From the NCBI GenBank assembly GCA_020849895.1, contig JADZFN010000012.1:7258-71257 (forward strand): DNA of 64,000 bases. The letters are read 5' to 3'. This DNA comes from Verrucomicrobiia bacterium. GTDB lineage: Bacteria; Verrucomicrobiota; Verrucomicrobiia; JABWAM01. Under the pieces are notes generated by a model. The model saw only the letters and a program-made list of their open reading frames with translations, made no database searches and was not told the origin of the DNA. The stretch's first letter is position 1, and each line of letters starts with the position of its first letter. The position numbers were made by a program, and so were the translations under genes. Shown here one piece after another: positions 1 through 9,003 of the stretch.

Positions 1-1
1 G

Positions 2-1378
2 CCGTGGATGTACGTGGCGGTCGGCCAGGGCAACTGGGAGCTTTTCGCCGTCAACGCCGACACGGGGGAGACGAAGTGCCTGGCGGACGTCCAGGGCGAG
101 AAATGCCGGGTCGAGGTCAGCCAGGGCAAGGACGTCTGCACCGCCTCCGTCAACGGAGGGGAGAAAAACGAGAAGTTCTGGTTGGTGGATGGCAAGGCCC
201 TGCCCATGGTGGCCGGGCAAACGCCTCCGGGCACGCCGATGAGCCAGAAGAAGTACGCGCACGTGGAGTGGAAGAACACCAAACCGATGGATGTCTCCCA
301 GCCGCCGGAGCTGGACAAGGAGCGCTGGGTGGAGGCGGATGGTCGGGGCGAGGGGGAAATCTTCTGGCGACCGGCCGGGTCCACGGGCGAGTACAAGTCG
401 CTCAAATTCGCGATCAAAAACGCGGAGCCTGTCCGCATCGAGTCGCTGATCGCCCTGCCGGATGGCTCGCTGCTGGGCAACACCGATTCGTACAACGGTT
501 TTTTCCGCTATTTCCCTGCGGACCGGAAGCTGGACTACTACGGCAAACACGGACCGAGCGGAGTCCAATCCGTGGTCGCCGAGGGGAAGGTCTGGTTCGA
601 CGGCTACCCCAACGTCCACCTGTATGCCTACGATCCCGCGCAACCGTGGACCTCGAAGCCGAACAACCCCAAGGACGCAAAGGTGAACCCGGAAGTCATC
701 GGCTCCTTCGGACAGGGCATCACCGAGGCTCACCACTGCAGGTTCCTCCTGGCCCCGGGCAACGGCCGAATCTACATCTGCGGCCACCGCGAGCGATGGA
801 GCACGGGTACGGGCCTGGGCTGGTACGAGATCGCCACCGGCAAGAAGTTCGGCCTGGGCCAGGCCAACAAGAAGGTCGAGCCCGAGGGCTTCATCGCCCT
901 GCCCAGGCTGGGACGGCTGGTTCTTTCCGTTCAGACCCTCGGGAAGGGCGACGCCCAGCTCATCGTCTACGACATGGATCTCAACGAGGTCGAGCGCCTC
1001 ACCCTCAAGCCCGGCCTGACCAATACCGGCCGGATCTTCAACGGTGACGACGATGGCAAGTTCCTTGGATGCTTTGAGAACCCTGGGCCCAACGATGCCG
1101 AGGCAAAGAGCCACACGCTGTACCTCTACGACCTGGCGGCGAAGAAGATCGAGAGGAGCGTGACCCTACCCTGCGACGCCATGGTCTTCCGTCGGCCCAA
1201 GGACGGCAGTTTCTGGATCAAGCTGGCCAACGGCCTGCTGGCCAGGCTGGATCCCCGCACGCTGGAGCTCAGGCCCGTGGGGCAGCTCGAACGGAAGTTC
1301 AGTTTTCCAACCTGGCAAGGGGCGGACCTCTACGGCGCCTGCGGGGGCGAGCTCGTGCGCGTCGTCGGCGTGAAGTGA
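2..1378 (+). CDS. secreted beta-propeller-like repeat protein, family paralog 1 (5'-truncated at window edge)
   Basis: Open frame runs from base 2. The ATG at 8 is internal: the context PW-MYVAVGQG matches PWVYVAVGQG in the interior of paralog 6217..8259. About 50 % identity to that paralog over blocks such as YNGFFRY and HRERWSTGTGLGWYEIATGKKFGLG. GC3-rich codon usage. The stop is coupled to the next gene (GTGA). Confidence 0.6.
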   Translation, partial: PWMYVAVGQGNWELFAVNADTGETKCLADVQGEKCRVEVSQGKDVCTASVNGGEKNEKFWLVDGKALPMVAGQTPPGTPMSQKKYAHVEWKNTKPMDVSQPPELDKERWVEADGRGEGEIFWRPAGSTGEYKSLKFAIKNAEPVRIESLIALPDGSLLGNTDSYNGFFRYFPADRKLDYYGKHGPSGVQSVVAEGKVWFDGYPNVHLYAYDPAQPWTSKPNNPKDAKVNPEVIGSFGQGITEAHHCRFLLAPGNGRIYICGHRERWSTGTGLGWYEIATGKKFGLGQANKKVEPEGFIALPRLGRLVLSVQTLGKGDAQLIVYDMDLNEVERLTLKPGLTNTGRIFNGDDDGKFLGCFENPGPNDAEAKSHTLYLYDLAAKKIERSVTLPCDAMVFRRPKDGSFWIKLANGLLARLDPRTLELRPVGQLERKFSFPTWQGADLYGACGGELVRVVGVK

Positions 1379-4005
1379 TCGCCATGGCCCCGACATCCTC
1401 AGGGTCCGCTGCGCCCGCGGCTTTGCGCGCGGGAGGCCTGTGGACCGCGGAGGTCCGATTCTGGCTGGCCCAGGAACCGTACTCCCCCGCGCACGCGCCG
1501 CACACCCGTTCCCGATGGTCCACCCGCGTCCGCTTCGCGGGGAGCGCGTCCGAGTGGCGCTTTGAGTTTGAGTGTCGCGCCGATCCGCCCGGGAAGGAGG
1601 CGCCGATCCGTCCCCTCGGCGACCCCGACGTGTGGCAGGGGGAATACGTGGAGGTCTTCATGCCCTGCGGTGAAGAGGGGGAATGCCTCCATCTGAGCGT
1701 GACGCGCTCCGGGTTGGCGATCAGCGAGCGCCACGACAAGCGGCGCGACCCGATCCCCGGCTGGCGGGGGACCGCCCGTGAGGTGAAGGACGGCTGGCGC
1801 GCCGAGATCGTCGTTCCGCGGGGTGCGCCGGGCCTCCCCGGGAAATTCCGTCTCGTGCGCTGGGTGCCGGGCGAGGGGCTTACCCGGTGGCCGACCCCGT
1901 TCGGTTCGTGGTGGCTCGTCGCCCCGCCGGATTTCCTTGAGGTCACCGGGGCAGGCGCCGCGCCCGCGCCCTCGGAGGACGAGATCGGGAAGTTCATCCG
2001 CGAACGCGAGCGGGGCCTTTTCGTTTCCGCCGGTCTCCCCGTGCCGGGAGAGGTCGCGGATCTCGGCTTCCTGGATCCGGTTCCCGCGGGGGAAGGGGGG
2101 TTTCTCCGGACGTTCCAGTTGCGCGCGGAAAAGAATCCGTGGCTGGGTTTCGACCTGCTTCCGCCGGCAAACATGGTGCATGCCCGCGACATGCTGGGGA
2201 ACCGCTTTTGGTATCACGACGCCTCCGTCCAGATGAGGGCGCCGTTCGACTGGGACACGGGCAGGGGCGACCCGTTCGTGATGGTCCACCTGACGCGTTT
2301 CGATTTCCTCGCGGACCTCGTGGCCGCGTGGCGTGAGACCGGCGACCTTGCCTTCGCCCGCAAGGCCATCGAGTGCGTCGCGACGTGGCTGGAGCGCCAC
2401 GACCTTCGCCAGTACCTGACGCCGGCGCGCTACCGCGCGCGTTGGAGCTGGCTGAACCTCCCTCATCGGCTCGTCTGCATGATGCAGACCGTGGGTTCGC
2501 TCGCCGGGACCGGCCTCGTCGGGGAGGGCCTTCTCCTGCGGCTTTACCAGGCCGTGGCGGGGGCGCTCCAGGTCCTCGATGGCAGCATGATGGCCCGGCA
2601 CTACAACAAGAACCACAGCCTGATCATCGCGGACCACGGGGTTGTGCTGTCGGTCCTCTGCTCGGAACTCCGCTGCGCGGCGCCGATGCGCGAGCGGTAC
2701 TTCGAGCATTTCCGCCGCTCCCTCGGGGTCCAGTTCCTTCCGGACGGTGTCCAGTGGGAGCTTTCGACGATCTACCACATGATCTGCTACCAGCGGCTGA
2801 CCGAGGCCACGTCGATGTGCGAGAAGGCCGGGATCCCCGTTCCTCCCGACCTCACCGGGTGGCGGCGCCGGATCATGACGGTGGGAGCGCGCTACCTCAC
2901 GCCGCACGGGCGGGTCTTCAACTTCAACGATGGAGGCATGCCGGGCACCGTGGACGCCATCGGCCGCCCCGACGACACCTTCGTCAGCCTGATCCTGCGG
3001 GAGGGCCCGTCCCTCGATGCGAACGAGGCGTTGGCCCTCGCCACGAACGGGCGGCAGGGAGCGATCTTTCCTCCTTACAGCCACGCGATGCCCTGGGCCG
3101 GGCACTTCATCCTGCGCGACGGCCCGGGGCCGGAGAGCACGGGCCTGGCGTTCGACGCCGGGCCGCTCGGCATGGGACACGCTCACGAGGACGCGCTCAC
3201 CCTCACGATGACCTCCTTCGGGAAGACGCTCCTCGCGGACCTCGGTTCGGGCGCCTACGACAACACCCTTCCCATGCGCGGCTACAGCATGTCCACCGAG
3301 GGACATTCGACGATCTGCGTGGACGGCTGCGGGCAGGCGGGCGCATGGTTCCCCGAGACCTGGAGCCGCAAGACTTCGCTCGAGGGGCGTCACTGGTTCG
3401 GTCGCGCCGTTCAGTTCGTGGCCGGGGAGTACGGCCTTGGGTACGGGGACGAGGGGGCGGTTCGCGTGGAGCATCGCCGCGCGGTCCTCCTCGTGAACGG
3501 GGCGTACGTGGTGGTCTTCGACCGGCTCCTCGGGGAAGGGGAGCACCTCCTTGAGTCGCGCTTCGTGTTCAACGCGCTTCCCTGGCGCGAGACCGAACGC
3601 GGCCTGCGGACGACCAGCGGCACCGGCGACCTCGACGTGCGGGCGATCTGGCCCGTCGCCCTCGCGAGGGAGGTGGCCTGTGGGCAGGAGAAGCCGTTCG
3701 CGGGCTGGGTGATCCGCGGCCTCTACGGGCAGGAACCCGCCCCGCGACTCACTTTCTCGGCGAAGGTGCCGCTCCCCGCCTGTTGGGTCACCCTCCTCAC
3801 GCCGTTCCGCGACGCCGCGGAGATCCCCGAGGTCGCGGCGGAGAAGCACCGCGATGAAATCAGGGTTCGCCTGGCGACCGCGCGTTCAACCGCGTTGCTC
3901 GTGGTGCGTGAGGACCCGTTCAAGGTTGATTTCGAGAATGAGCGGGTGACGTTTTCTGCCGCGGCCGGCGCGGGCGGGAAGTTTGCGTTCCGGGAGGAGG
4001 AGTAA
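1375..4005 (+). CDS. heparinase II/III-like family protein (putative polysaccharide lyase)
   Basis: 876-aa frame with the Hepar_II_III core motif GHAHEDALTLTMTSFGKTLLADLG and NFNDGGMPG. The GTG at 1375 (or ATG at 1384) overlaps the upstream stop. The TAA stop overlaps the next ATG (TAATG at 4003-4007). The opposite-strand 816-aa ORF is Arg/Gly-rich shadow. Confidence 0.7.
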   Translation: MIAMAPTSSGSAAPAALRAGGLWTAEVRFWLAQEPYSPAHAPHTRSRWSTRVRFAGSASEWRFEFECRADPPGKEAPIRPLGDPDVWQGEYVEVFMPCGEEGECLHLSVTRSGLAISERHDKRRDPIPGWRGTAREVKDGWRAEIVVPRGAPGLPGKFRLVRWVPGEGLTRWPTPFGSWWLVAPPDFLEVTGAGAAPAPSEDEIGKFIRERERGLFVSAGLPVPGEVADLGFLDPVPAGEGGFLRTFQLRAEKNPWLGFDLLPPANMVHARDMLGNRFWYHDASVQMRAPFDWDTGRGDPFVMVHLTRFDFLADLVAAWRETGDLAFARKAIECVATWLERHDLRQYLTPARYRARWSWLNLPHRLVCMMQTVGSLAGTGLVGEGLLLRLYQAVAGALQVLDGSMMARHYNKNHSLIIADHGVVLSVLCSELRCAAPMRERYFEHFRRSLGVQFLPDGVQWELSTIYHMICYQRLTEATSMCEKAGIPVPPDLTGWRRRIMTVGARYLTPHGRVFNFNDGGMPGTVDAIGRPDDTFVSLILREGPSLDANEALALATNGRQGAIFPPYSHAMPWAGHFILRDGPGPESTGLAFDAGPLGMGHAHEDALTLTMTSFGKTLLADLGSGAYDNTLPMRGYSMSTEGHSTICVDGCGQAGAWFPETWSRKTSLEGRHWFGRAVQFVAGEYGLGYGDEGAVRVEHRRAVLLVNGAYVVVFDRLLGEGEHLLESRFVFNALPWRETERGLRTTSGTGDLDVRAIWPVALAREVACGQEKPFAGWVIRGLYGQEPAPRLTFSAKVPLPACWVTLLTPFRDAAEIPEVAAEKHRDEIRVRLATARSTALLVVREDPFKVDFENERVTFSAAAGAGGKFAFREEE

Positions 4006-5549
4006 TGACTTCTGCTCTCCCCGTGATTCCCGTTCGGCGCGGCCCGCACCGAATCTGCTCTGATCAAATCAACGTGCCACGCCCCATGAACCCCAACCCG
4101 CCGCTTCTCATCCTCTCCCCGGCCTCTCCGACCGCTGCCTACACCCAGTACATTCGCCAGTTCGTGGATGTTGGCGTTCACTTTCCCTTCGCTGACGACT
4201 ACGCGTTGCCGCGCGGGCTGCCGTCGGACCTCGCGGGAATCCGGTGCGTGGTGATCGATCCGGCGCGGCGTGAGGAGTTTTCGCAGGGGCCGCTTGCGGC
4301 CCGGTTGATCGAGTTCGAGCGCGGCGGGGGCCACCTCTTCTGGCCCGACCCGAACACTCCCACCGGGGGAGCGACGGGCGACCTCATCGTCCGACATTCG
4401 GTCGCGCGCATCATCAACACCGCGGGCCTGCCCATGGGCGACCCGGCGATGATCGCGCGTTTGCAGGAGGTGGACGACGCGTTCCTGGTGGGCGCCTGCA
4501 AGGGTTCAACCGCGGACGAACTGGGCCAGTACGTGCGGATGAGGCACTATTTTCCGGAGCCCGTGGGCATGTGGGCGATGCCGACCGCGATCGAGGCCGC
4601 AGAGTTCTTTGGTGAACCGGCGCTTGCCGACCCGGTCTGGGCACATATCGCCGCGTATTACCCGCAGTGCGACCATCAACCCGACCGCCATGGCACCCAG
4701 CATTTCCTCGATTACGCGGAGAAGACCGGTGACCGGAAGCCCCTGGAGCATCTCGTCGCCGTTTGTCGAGCGTCGAACCCCTGGCCACGGCTCTGGCGGA
4801 AGGGAGACGTTTTCCTCAACTGCGACCTGCACGTGCCGGATGGCGCCGACGCGGACCATCCCCCGGAGATCGTCCTCCGCAACGCGTGGGTCTGGCCCGA
4901 GACCAACCTTTGGATCGGAGAGACGTATGCGACCGTGTCCCGCTTTACGGGGGAGGCGCGCTGGCTCGACCGCGCGGTGGCTCACGTGCTCGAGGCGCAC
5001 CGGTGGCTTTTCGAGCCGAAAACCGCCCTGTACTGGCACGTCGGACGGCCGGGCGGCCCGGACCTTCGTTCCGCGCCGTGGGCGCGAGGCGACTCTCATT
5101 TCCTTTGGGGCGTGCGCTCGATGCTGAACCTCATGCCGGAGGAGCATCCGAAGCGGCGAGACCTCTGCGGCCTGCTGGGCGACCACCTCGAGGGGTTGCT
5201 GCGCGTCCAGGGCGCCGACGGCCTGTGGCTCAACGTGCTCGATGCCTCCCCGTCGGATAGTCGGCCGTGCTCGTCGGCCTCCTCGCAATTCGTCCGCATC
5301 TACGCGCGGGCATACGCGAGGGGATGGCTCCGCGACGAGCGGATCCCGCCGATGGTGGAGCGCGCGTGGAAGGGCCTGAAGACGAAGATCTGGGACGGAC
5401 GCTTCCTTGCGTGGTGCGTGGGGACGTCGCACGGCCTCAACCGCCAAGTGTACCTGTCGCGGCCGCACGATTCCATGCGCTGCTGCCGCTCCGCGATCCT
5501 CTCCGCGTGGATGGAGATCCAGAAGATGCGCGGGGTGACGAAGGGATGA
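4005..5549 (+). CDS. glycoside hydrolase family 88/105-like protein (unsaturated uronyl hydrolase fold, PF07470-like)
   Basis: 514-aa frame. W-A-R-G-x-x-H-x-x-W-G (PWARGDSHFLWGV) and the LWLNVLD block resemble the (alpha/alpha)6 unsaturated glucuronyl/rhamnogalacturonyl hydrolases. Translationally coupled to the upstream lyase. Confidence 0.5.
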   Translation: MTSALPVIPVRRGPHRICSDQINVPRPMNPNPPLLILSPASPTAAYTQYIRQFVDVGVHFPFADDYALPRGLPSDLAGIRCVVIDPARREEFSQGPLAARLIEFERGGGHLFWPDPNTPTGGATGDLIVRHSVARIINTAGLPMGDPAMIARLQEVDDAFLVGACKGSTADELGQYVRMRHYFPEPVGMWAMPTAIEAAEFFGEPALADPVWAHIAAYYPQCDHQPDRHGTQHFLDYAEKTGDRKPLEHLVAVCRASNPWPRLWRKGDVFLNCDLHVPDGADADHPPEIVLRNAWVWPETNLWIGETYATVSRFTGEARWLDRAVAHVLEAHRWLFEPKTALYWHVGRPGGPDLRSAPWARGDSHFLWGVRSMLNLMPEEHPKRRDLCGLLGDHLEGLLRVQGADGLWLNVLDASPSDSRPCSSASSQFVRIYARAYARGWLRDERIPPMVERAWKGLKTKIWDGRFLAWCVGTSHGLNRQVYLSRPHDSMRCCRSAILSAWMEIQKMRGVTKG

Positions 5550-5556
5550 AGGAGGC

Positions 5557-5610
5557 GGTAGCCCGTGCTGTCCCGGCACGGGAGCTGCCGTAGGGACACG
5601 GCGGGCTACC
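5557..5610. repeat. REPIN (inverted REP doublet) GGTAGCCCGTGCTGTCCCGGCACGGGAGCTGCCGTAGGGACACGGCGGGCTACC
   Basis: Nested palindromes (GGTAGCCCG...CGGGCTACC, TCCCG GCA CGGGA, GTAGGGAC). A near-identical copy lies at 6167..6222. Sits immediately 3' of the RAYT gene. Confidence 0.75.
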
Positions 5611-6016
5611 GGGGACATGAGGTTTCCTGACCAAAGCCGAACCATTTCCACTCGGATGGTTCCCTGACCAAACCAGCGCGGACGGGGTTCAGGGCCATGT
5701 ACCAGGACTTCTCCTCGACGGATTCATCCTGCCGCAGGCGACGGTCAAAGAAGTTGTCCTGCCAGTGGAGGGCGAGAGTACGGGTGGTGTAGCGCTTCCA
5801 GTTCTGCATGAGTTTCGCGAGCGACACACCGAGTGGCAGCTGGATCAGCAGGTGAAGGTGGTCCGGCATGATGACGTACGCGCGGCAGAACCATTTGGCT
5901 TGGGCGTGGTAAACGAGAATCGACTCCACGATCCTCCCGGCACAAGCCAGCAGGACCTCGGATCGACGGGGTAGGGCGCATTGCGTCACGTAGAACGTGA
6001 AGTCTTCCGGACGCAC
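5606..6016 (-). CDS. REP-associated tyrosine transposase (RAYT, IS200/IS605 TnpA-like Y1 HUH enzyme)
   Basis: HUH motif YVIMPDHLHLLIQLP, the WQDNFFDRRLR block and the catalytic-Tyr block SWYMALNPVRAG. The N-terminal F-YVT motif (EDFTFYVTQCAL) follows a GTG at 6016. An alternative GTG lies at 6052. The track ORF extends to 6445 only by read-through across REP sequence. The TAG stop lies inside the REP terminus GGGCTACC. Confidence 0.75.
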   Translation of the reverse strand: MRPEDFTFYVTQCALPRRSEVLLACAGRIVESILVYHAQAKWFCRAYVIMPDHLHLLIQLPLGVSLAKLMQNWKRYTTRTLALHWQDNFFDRRLRQDESVEEKSWYMALNPVRAGLVREPSEWKWFGFGQETSCPR

Positions 6017-6113
6017 CGAATCCGGTGGTTGGTGCCGGAGGCGTGAGGCCACGACTGAGCGTAAGCACAGGCGAGGTTGCTGCTGCAACGAAATCCCGCG
6101 CGCGGATGTTGGA

Positions 6114-6140
6114 CCCGTCGTAGGGACACGACGGGCTACC
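6114..6140. repeat. single REP unit CCCGTCGTAGGGACACGACGGGCTACC
   Basis: Hairpin CCCGTCG/CGACGGG with a GGGCTACC tail. Variant of the REP half found in the two REPINs. Confidence 0.6.
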
Positions 6141-6166
6141 AAGGGGAATGTGGGGGAATGCTCTGC

Positions 6167-6222
6167 GGGTAGCCCGTGCCGTCCCGGCACGGGACCCGCC
6201 GTAGGGACACGGCGGGCTACCG
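6167..6222. repeat. REPIN GGGTAGCCCGTGCCGTCCCGGCACGGGACCCGCCGTAGGGACACGGCGGGCTACCG
   Basis: About 95 % identical to 5557..5610. Its terminal GGGCTACC supplies the TAG stop (6217-6219, minus strand) of the beta-propeller gene 6217..8259. Confidence 0.75.
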
Positions 6223-8259
6223 CCCTTCCACCTTCACGCGGAAGACCTCGCCATCCGCGGCGCCGTAGAGGTCGTTCCCGACCCACAGGACGGGATGGAG
6301 CGCCTTGGGAAGCTTTCCGACCGGGGTGAGTTCGAGGGTCTCCACGTTCAGTCGGCAGAGTGAGGAGTCCTTGATGATCCACCACGTCCCGTCCGAGGGA
6401 CGCTGGAAGGCGTTCTCCTGGAGAACCCCGTCCACGTCCGCCCACTTCACGACGGCCTTCTTCTCGAGGTCGTAGAGGTAGAGGGCGTCCTTCGCCTCGC
6501 CGTCGATCCTCCCGAGGAGGGCAGGATCCCTGCCGATCGCGGTGAGGAACCCGGTCGCGGGGAGCCCTTCCTTCACGGTAAGCCGTTCCACCTCCTTGAG
6601 GTCGAGGTCGTAGACCCGGAGTTGGGCGGTTCCGACCGGGGCGCCCTTGGTTTCGGAATGCACCCGCCCGGAGACCACCACTCGTCCGGCCTTCGGGAGC
6701 AGGGCGAAACCCTGGGGATCGACGTCCTTCATGTCAGACCCGAGCCCGAACTTCTTTCCCGTGGCGAGTTCGTAGTAGCCGAGGCCGGTTCCCGTGCTCC
6801 AGCGCTCGCGGTGTCCGAGGAGGTAGAGCCGGCCGTTGGGCCCGAGAAGGATCCCCTTGGAGTGGTGCGCCTCGGTGACGCCCTGCCCGAAGTAGCCGAC
6901 GAGGCGCGGGTTGTCGCCGGGGTTGCCGGCGTTGGCCTTCTGCGGCGCCTTCCAGGGCTGGTCCGGGTCATAGACGTACAGCCCCACGTTCGGATAGCCG
7001 ATGTACCAGGCCTTGCCCTCCGCGACGGTGATCAGCGGGCTGCTCGGGCCGGCCTTCCCGAAATATTCGAACTTCGAGACTTTGGTGTGGTAGCGGAAGA
7101 AGCCGTTGTACTGGACGACGCTTCCGAAAACGTCGCCATCGGGCAACTCGGCCATGGACACGATTTTCTGCGCCGCCGCGCTCTTCACGTGAAAGCTGAC
7201 CGTCTTGAAGTCCTCCTGCGCGCCGGCGGGGCGCCAGCGCACATGGGAGAGTCCCGAGGGATCCATTTCCCCGAGGCCCTGCGGATCGAGCTCGGGCGGC
7301 GTCCCCTCGGGGATGGGTTTCGTCAACTTCCACGGGATATGGGGATACGCGTTGTTCGCCAGGCGAGCGGAGTCCGGCGGCTGGGTCTCCGAGAGCTTGC
7401 CCTCCACGCACCACACGCGCTTGCCGCCGCCTTTCTCGGTGAGGCCGGCCGTGACAAAATCCTTCTCCGCCACCTCGATCCGCGAACCATCGCCCTTGCG
7501 CTCCGCAAGGAGGCGCTTTTCCCCGGTGTCCACGTTGAGGGCCACGAGTTCCCAGTCTCCCTGCCCGACGGCGACGTACACCCAGGGGAGGTCGAGGGCG
7601 AGGGTGTAGCCGTAGGTGAGGCTCGCGGGGCGGTTCGCCCCGATGTCGGTGAAGACCTTCCATTCGAGGGTGTCCGGGTTGATCCGCACGACCGCGGTCT
7701 TGCCGCTGTAGCCCTGGGTGGTCCCGTAGAGGCAGCCGTCCTTTCCGAGCCTGAACTGGTAAAGGCATCGGTCGTTGAAGAAGGGCTTCCACTCGGAGAG
7801 TTCCCCAAGGATCTTGAGCGCGTCCTCGACCGGGTCGTAGTACCACATCTGCATGAAGTCGACCGGGTAGAAGACGCGCCCGTTCTCCGCCCGGATCCCC
7901 AGGCGGCCGTGGAAGCCGGGCAGCCCCAGGGTCTTCACCTTGTTGCCGGCGAGGTCGGCGATGATCCACTCGGCGTCAGGCCGCAACTCGGGGTCTTCGA
8001 AGGCGACGTAGACGCGGCCGGTGCCCTCCACCTTCTTGCGCACGTACTTGAAGTCCGTGGTGCCCGCGTAGTTCATGAACTGCCCGATCCAGCGCCACTC
8101 GCCGCGGGAGTTCTCGACGAGGGTGCTCACGTTGGCGCGCGCCGTCTTCACCGGCGCGCCGAGGTTCTCGGCAAGAAGGGAAGGCACCTCCGCGCGGAGG
8201 AATGAAGTGGTGAGCAGCGAAGCGAGGAGCAGAACGGTGCGGCAGTTCATGGGGATCAT
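6217..8259 (-). CDS. secreted beta-propeller-like repeat protein, family paralog 2
   Basis: 680 aa with an N-terminal signal peptide (MIPMNCRTVLLLASLLTTSFLRAEVPS). Paralog of 2..1378 and a more distant relative of 13286..15382 (shared NPRLV..F.G and GHRERWSTGTG blocks). The antisense 527-aa ORF is shadow. Confidence 0.7.
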   Translation of the reverse strand: MIPMNCRTVLLLASLLTTSFLRAEVPSLLAENLGAPVKTARANVSTLVENSRGEWRWIGQFMNYAGTTDFKYVRKKVEGTGRVYVAFEDPELRPDAEWIIADLAGNKVKTLGLPGFHGRLGIRAENGRVFYPVDFMQMWYYDPVEDALKILGELSEWKPFFNDRCLYQFRLGKDGCLYGTTQGYSGKTAVVRINPDTLEWKVFTDIGANRPASLTYGYTLALDLPWVYVAVGQGDWELVALNVDTGEKRLLAERKGDGSRIEVAEKDFVTAGLTEKGGGKRVWCVEGKLSETQPPDSARLANNAYPHIPWKLTKPIPEGTPPELDPQGLGEMDPSGLSHVRWRPAGAQEDFKTVSFHVKSAAAQKIVSMAELPDGDVFGSVVQYNGFFRYHTKVSKFEYFGKAGPSSPLITVAEGKAWYIGYPNVGLYVYDPDQPWKAPQKANAGNPGDNPRLVGYFGQGVTEAHHSKGILLGPNGRLYLLGHRERWSTGTGLGYYELATGKKFGLGSDMKDVDPQGFALLPKAGRVVVSGRVHSETKGAPVGTAQLRVYDLDLKEVERLTVKEGLPATGFLTAIGRDPALLGRIDGEAKDALYLYDLEKKAVVKWADVDGVLQENAFQRPSDGTWWIIKDSSLCRLNVETLELTPVGKLPKALHPVLWVGNDLYGAADGEVFRVKVEGR

Positions 8260-8337
8260 CGAGGGAGTCGCGGGACAGTGGCGGCGAAGAAGACCCCGCA
8301 GTCAACGGCCTTGCGCCGTTGTTGGGATGCCATCGGT

Positions 8338-9003
8338 TTAAAACTCGAAGTAGAAATCCTCCTGGACCGTGTCTTTCAGATCGATTTTAGCCACTCGTCC
8401 GTCGGCGAAGGCGGCGTTGAATTTGGAATTGTGACAGGCGGACTCGTTGTAGTTGTCGATCCAGGCCGGCGGGGGGGTCCAACTTGGAATGAAATTATCG
8501 GGGCGAAAGGGCCCGCCGGACGCCCGGGAATCCATGAAGAGAACGAGACGCTCGGGCACCGCCTTCATGCTGGCCTTGCCATCGGACTCGTACACATACA
8601 GGACCCGGTTCAGTGCAATCTGCGTGTAGTGGTAGATGTCAGGGCTGACCGCATAGTTCTTGCTGGAGGGGCACCGCAAGATGGGAGTCAAAGTGCTCGG
8701 CTTGTTGTTTTGAGGGAAGCTCACGGGACCGATATAGGTGGTCAGGTTGCTTGCCCAAAAGTAGGTGTTCGGAGCGTGTTGCTCGTTGTCATTGGCATAG
8801 AGGCGAAGGGCCAAATTCAGTTGCCGCTGATTGTTCATGCAGACGATGGAGTGGGCCTGCTCCCGTGCTGACCTGAGCGCGGGCAGGAGCAGCGCCGCCA
8901 AAATTGCGATGATGGCGATGACGACCAGCAACTCGATGAGCGTGAAGCTCCTGCTGTCCGGCGGTTTCTTAATACACCTTTCCTGAAGGCGGGGAGAATT
9001 CAT
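8338..9003 (-). CDS. prepilin-type N-terminal cleavage/methylation domain protein with C-terminal H-X9-DG motif (DUF1559-like pseudopilin)
   Basis: Start at the ATG giving [43 protein letters not shown]. The track ORF start at 9159 is upstream read-through. C-terminal [12 protein letters not shown] matches H-X9-DG. Lies 78 nt upstream of the propeller gene. Confidence 0.8.
   Translation of the reverse strand: MNSPRLQERCIKKPPDSRSFTLIELLVVIAIIAILAALLLPALRSAREQAHSIVCMNNQRQLNLALRLYANDNEQHAPNTYFWASNLTTYIGPVSFPQNNKPSTLTPILRCPSSKNYAVSPDIYHYTQIALNRVLYVYESDGKASMKAVPERLVLFMDSRASGGPFRPDNFIPSWTPPPAWIDNYNESACHNSKFNAAFADGRVAKIDLKDTVQEDFYFEF

Larger units (their letters stand above)
5557..6222. mobile_element. 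RAYT gene flanked by REP/REPIN palindromes (domesticated REP-RAYT unit)
   Basis: REPIN at 5557..5610, single REP at 6114..6140, REPIN at 6167..6222 and the RAYT CDS between them. Located between convergent operons. Confidence 0.7.

Noticed and set aside
1399-3849. Very long antisense ORFs (1399..3849, 6622..8205, 9472..11829, 12908..15349, 19607..23914, 28706..30631, 45543..48425, 50871..53960, 58080..59633 and many shorter ones).
   Set aside because: Each lies opposite a gene with clear family motifs. Their translations are Arg/Gly/Pro/Ala-rich low-complexity strings with no conserved motifs. This is typical GC-shadow open frames in a high-GC genome.
5557-6222. Possible CRISPR array, because of near-identical about 55-bp palindromic repeats.
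   Set aside because: Only two full copies plus one half copy, irregular spacing (about 500 bp and 27 bp), and the repeats are themselves internally inverted (REPIN structure) and flank a RAYT gene. This is not a repeat-spacer array and no cas genes are present.
5606-6445. N-terminal extensions of track ORFs treated as coding. Examples: RAYT ORF to 6445, LamG ORF to 13234, typA ORF from 28010, transglutaminase-like ORF from 47693, Gfo/Idh/MocA from 24960, AraC from 25923, H-X9-DG from 9159.
   Set aside because: The extensions run through REP palindromes or intergenic DNA, lack protein-like composition, and the conserved N-termini of the families (signal peptides, Rossmann folds, P-loops) begin at internal ATG/GTG codons. 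Starts were trimmed accordingly.
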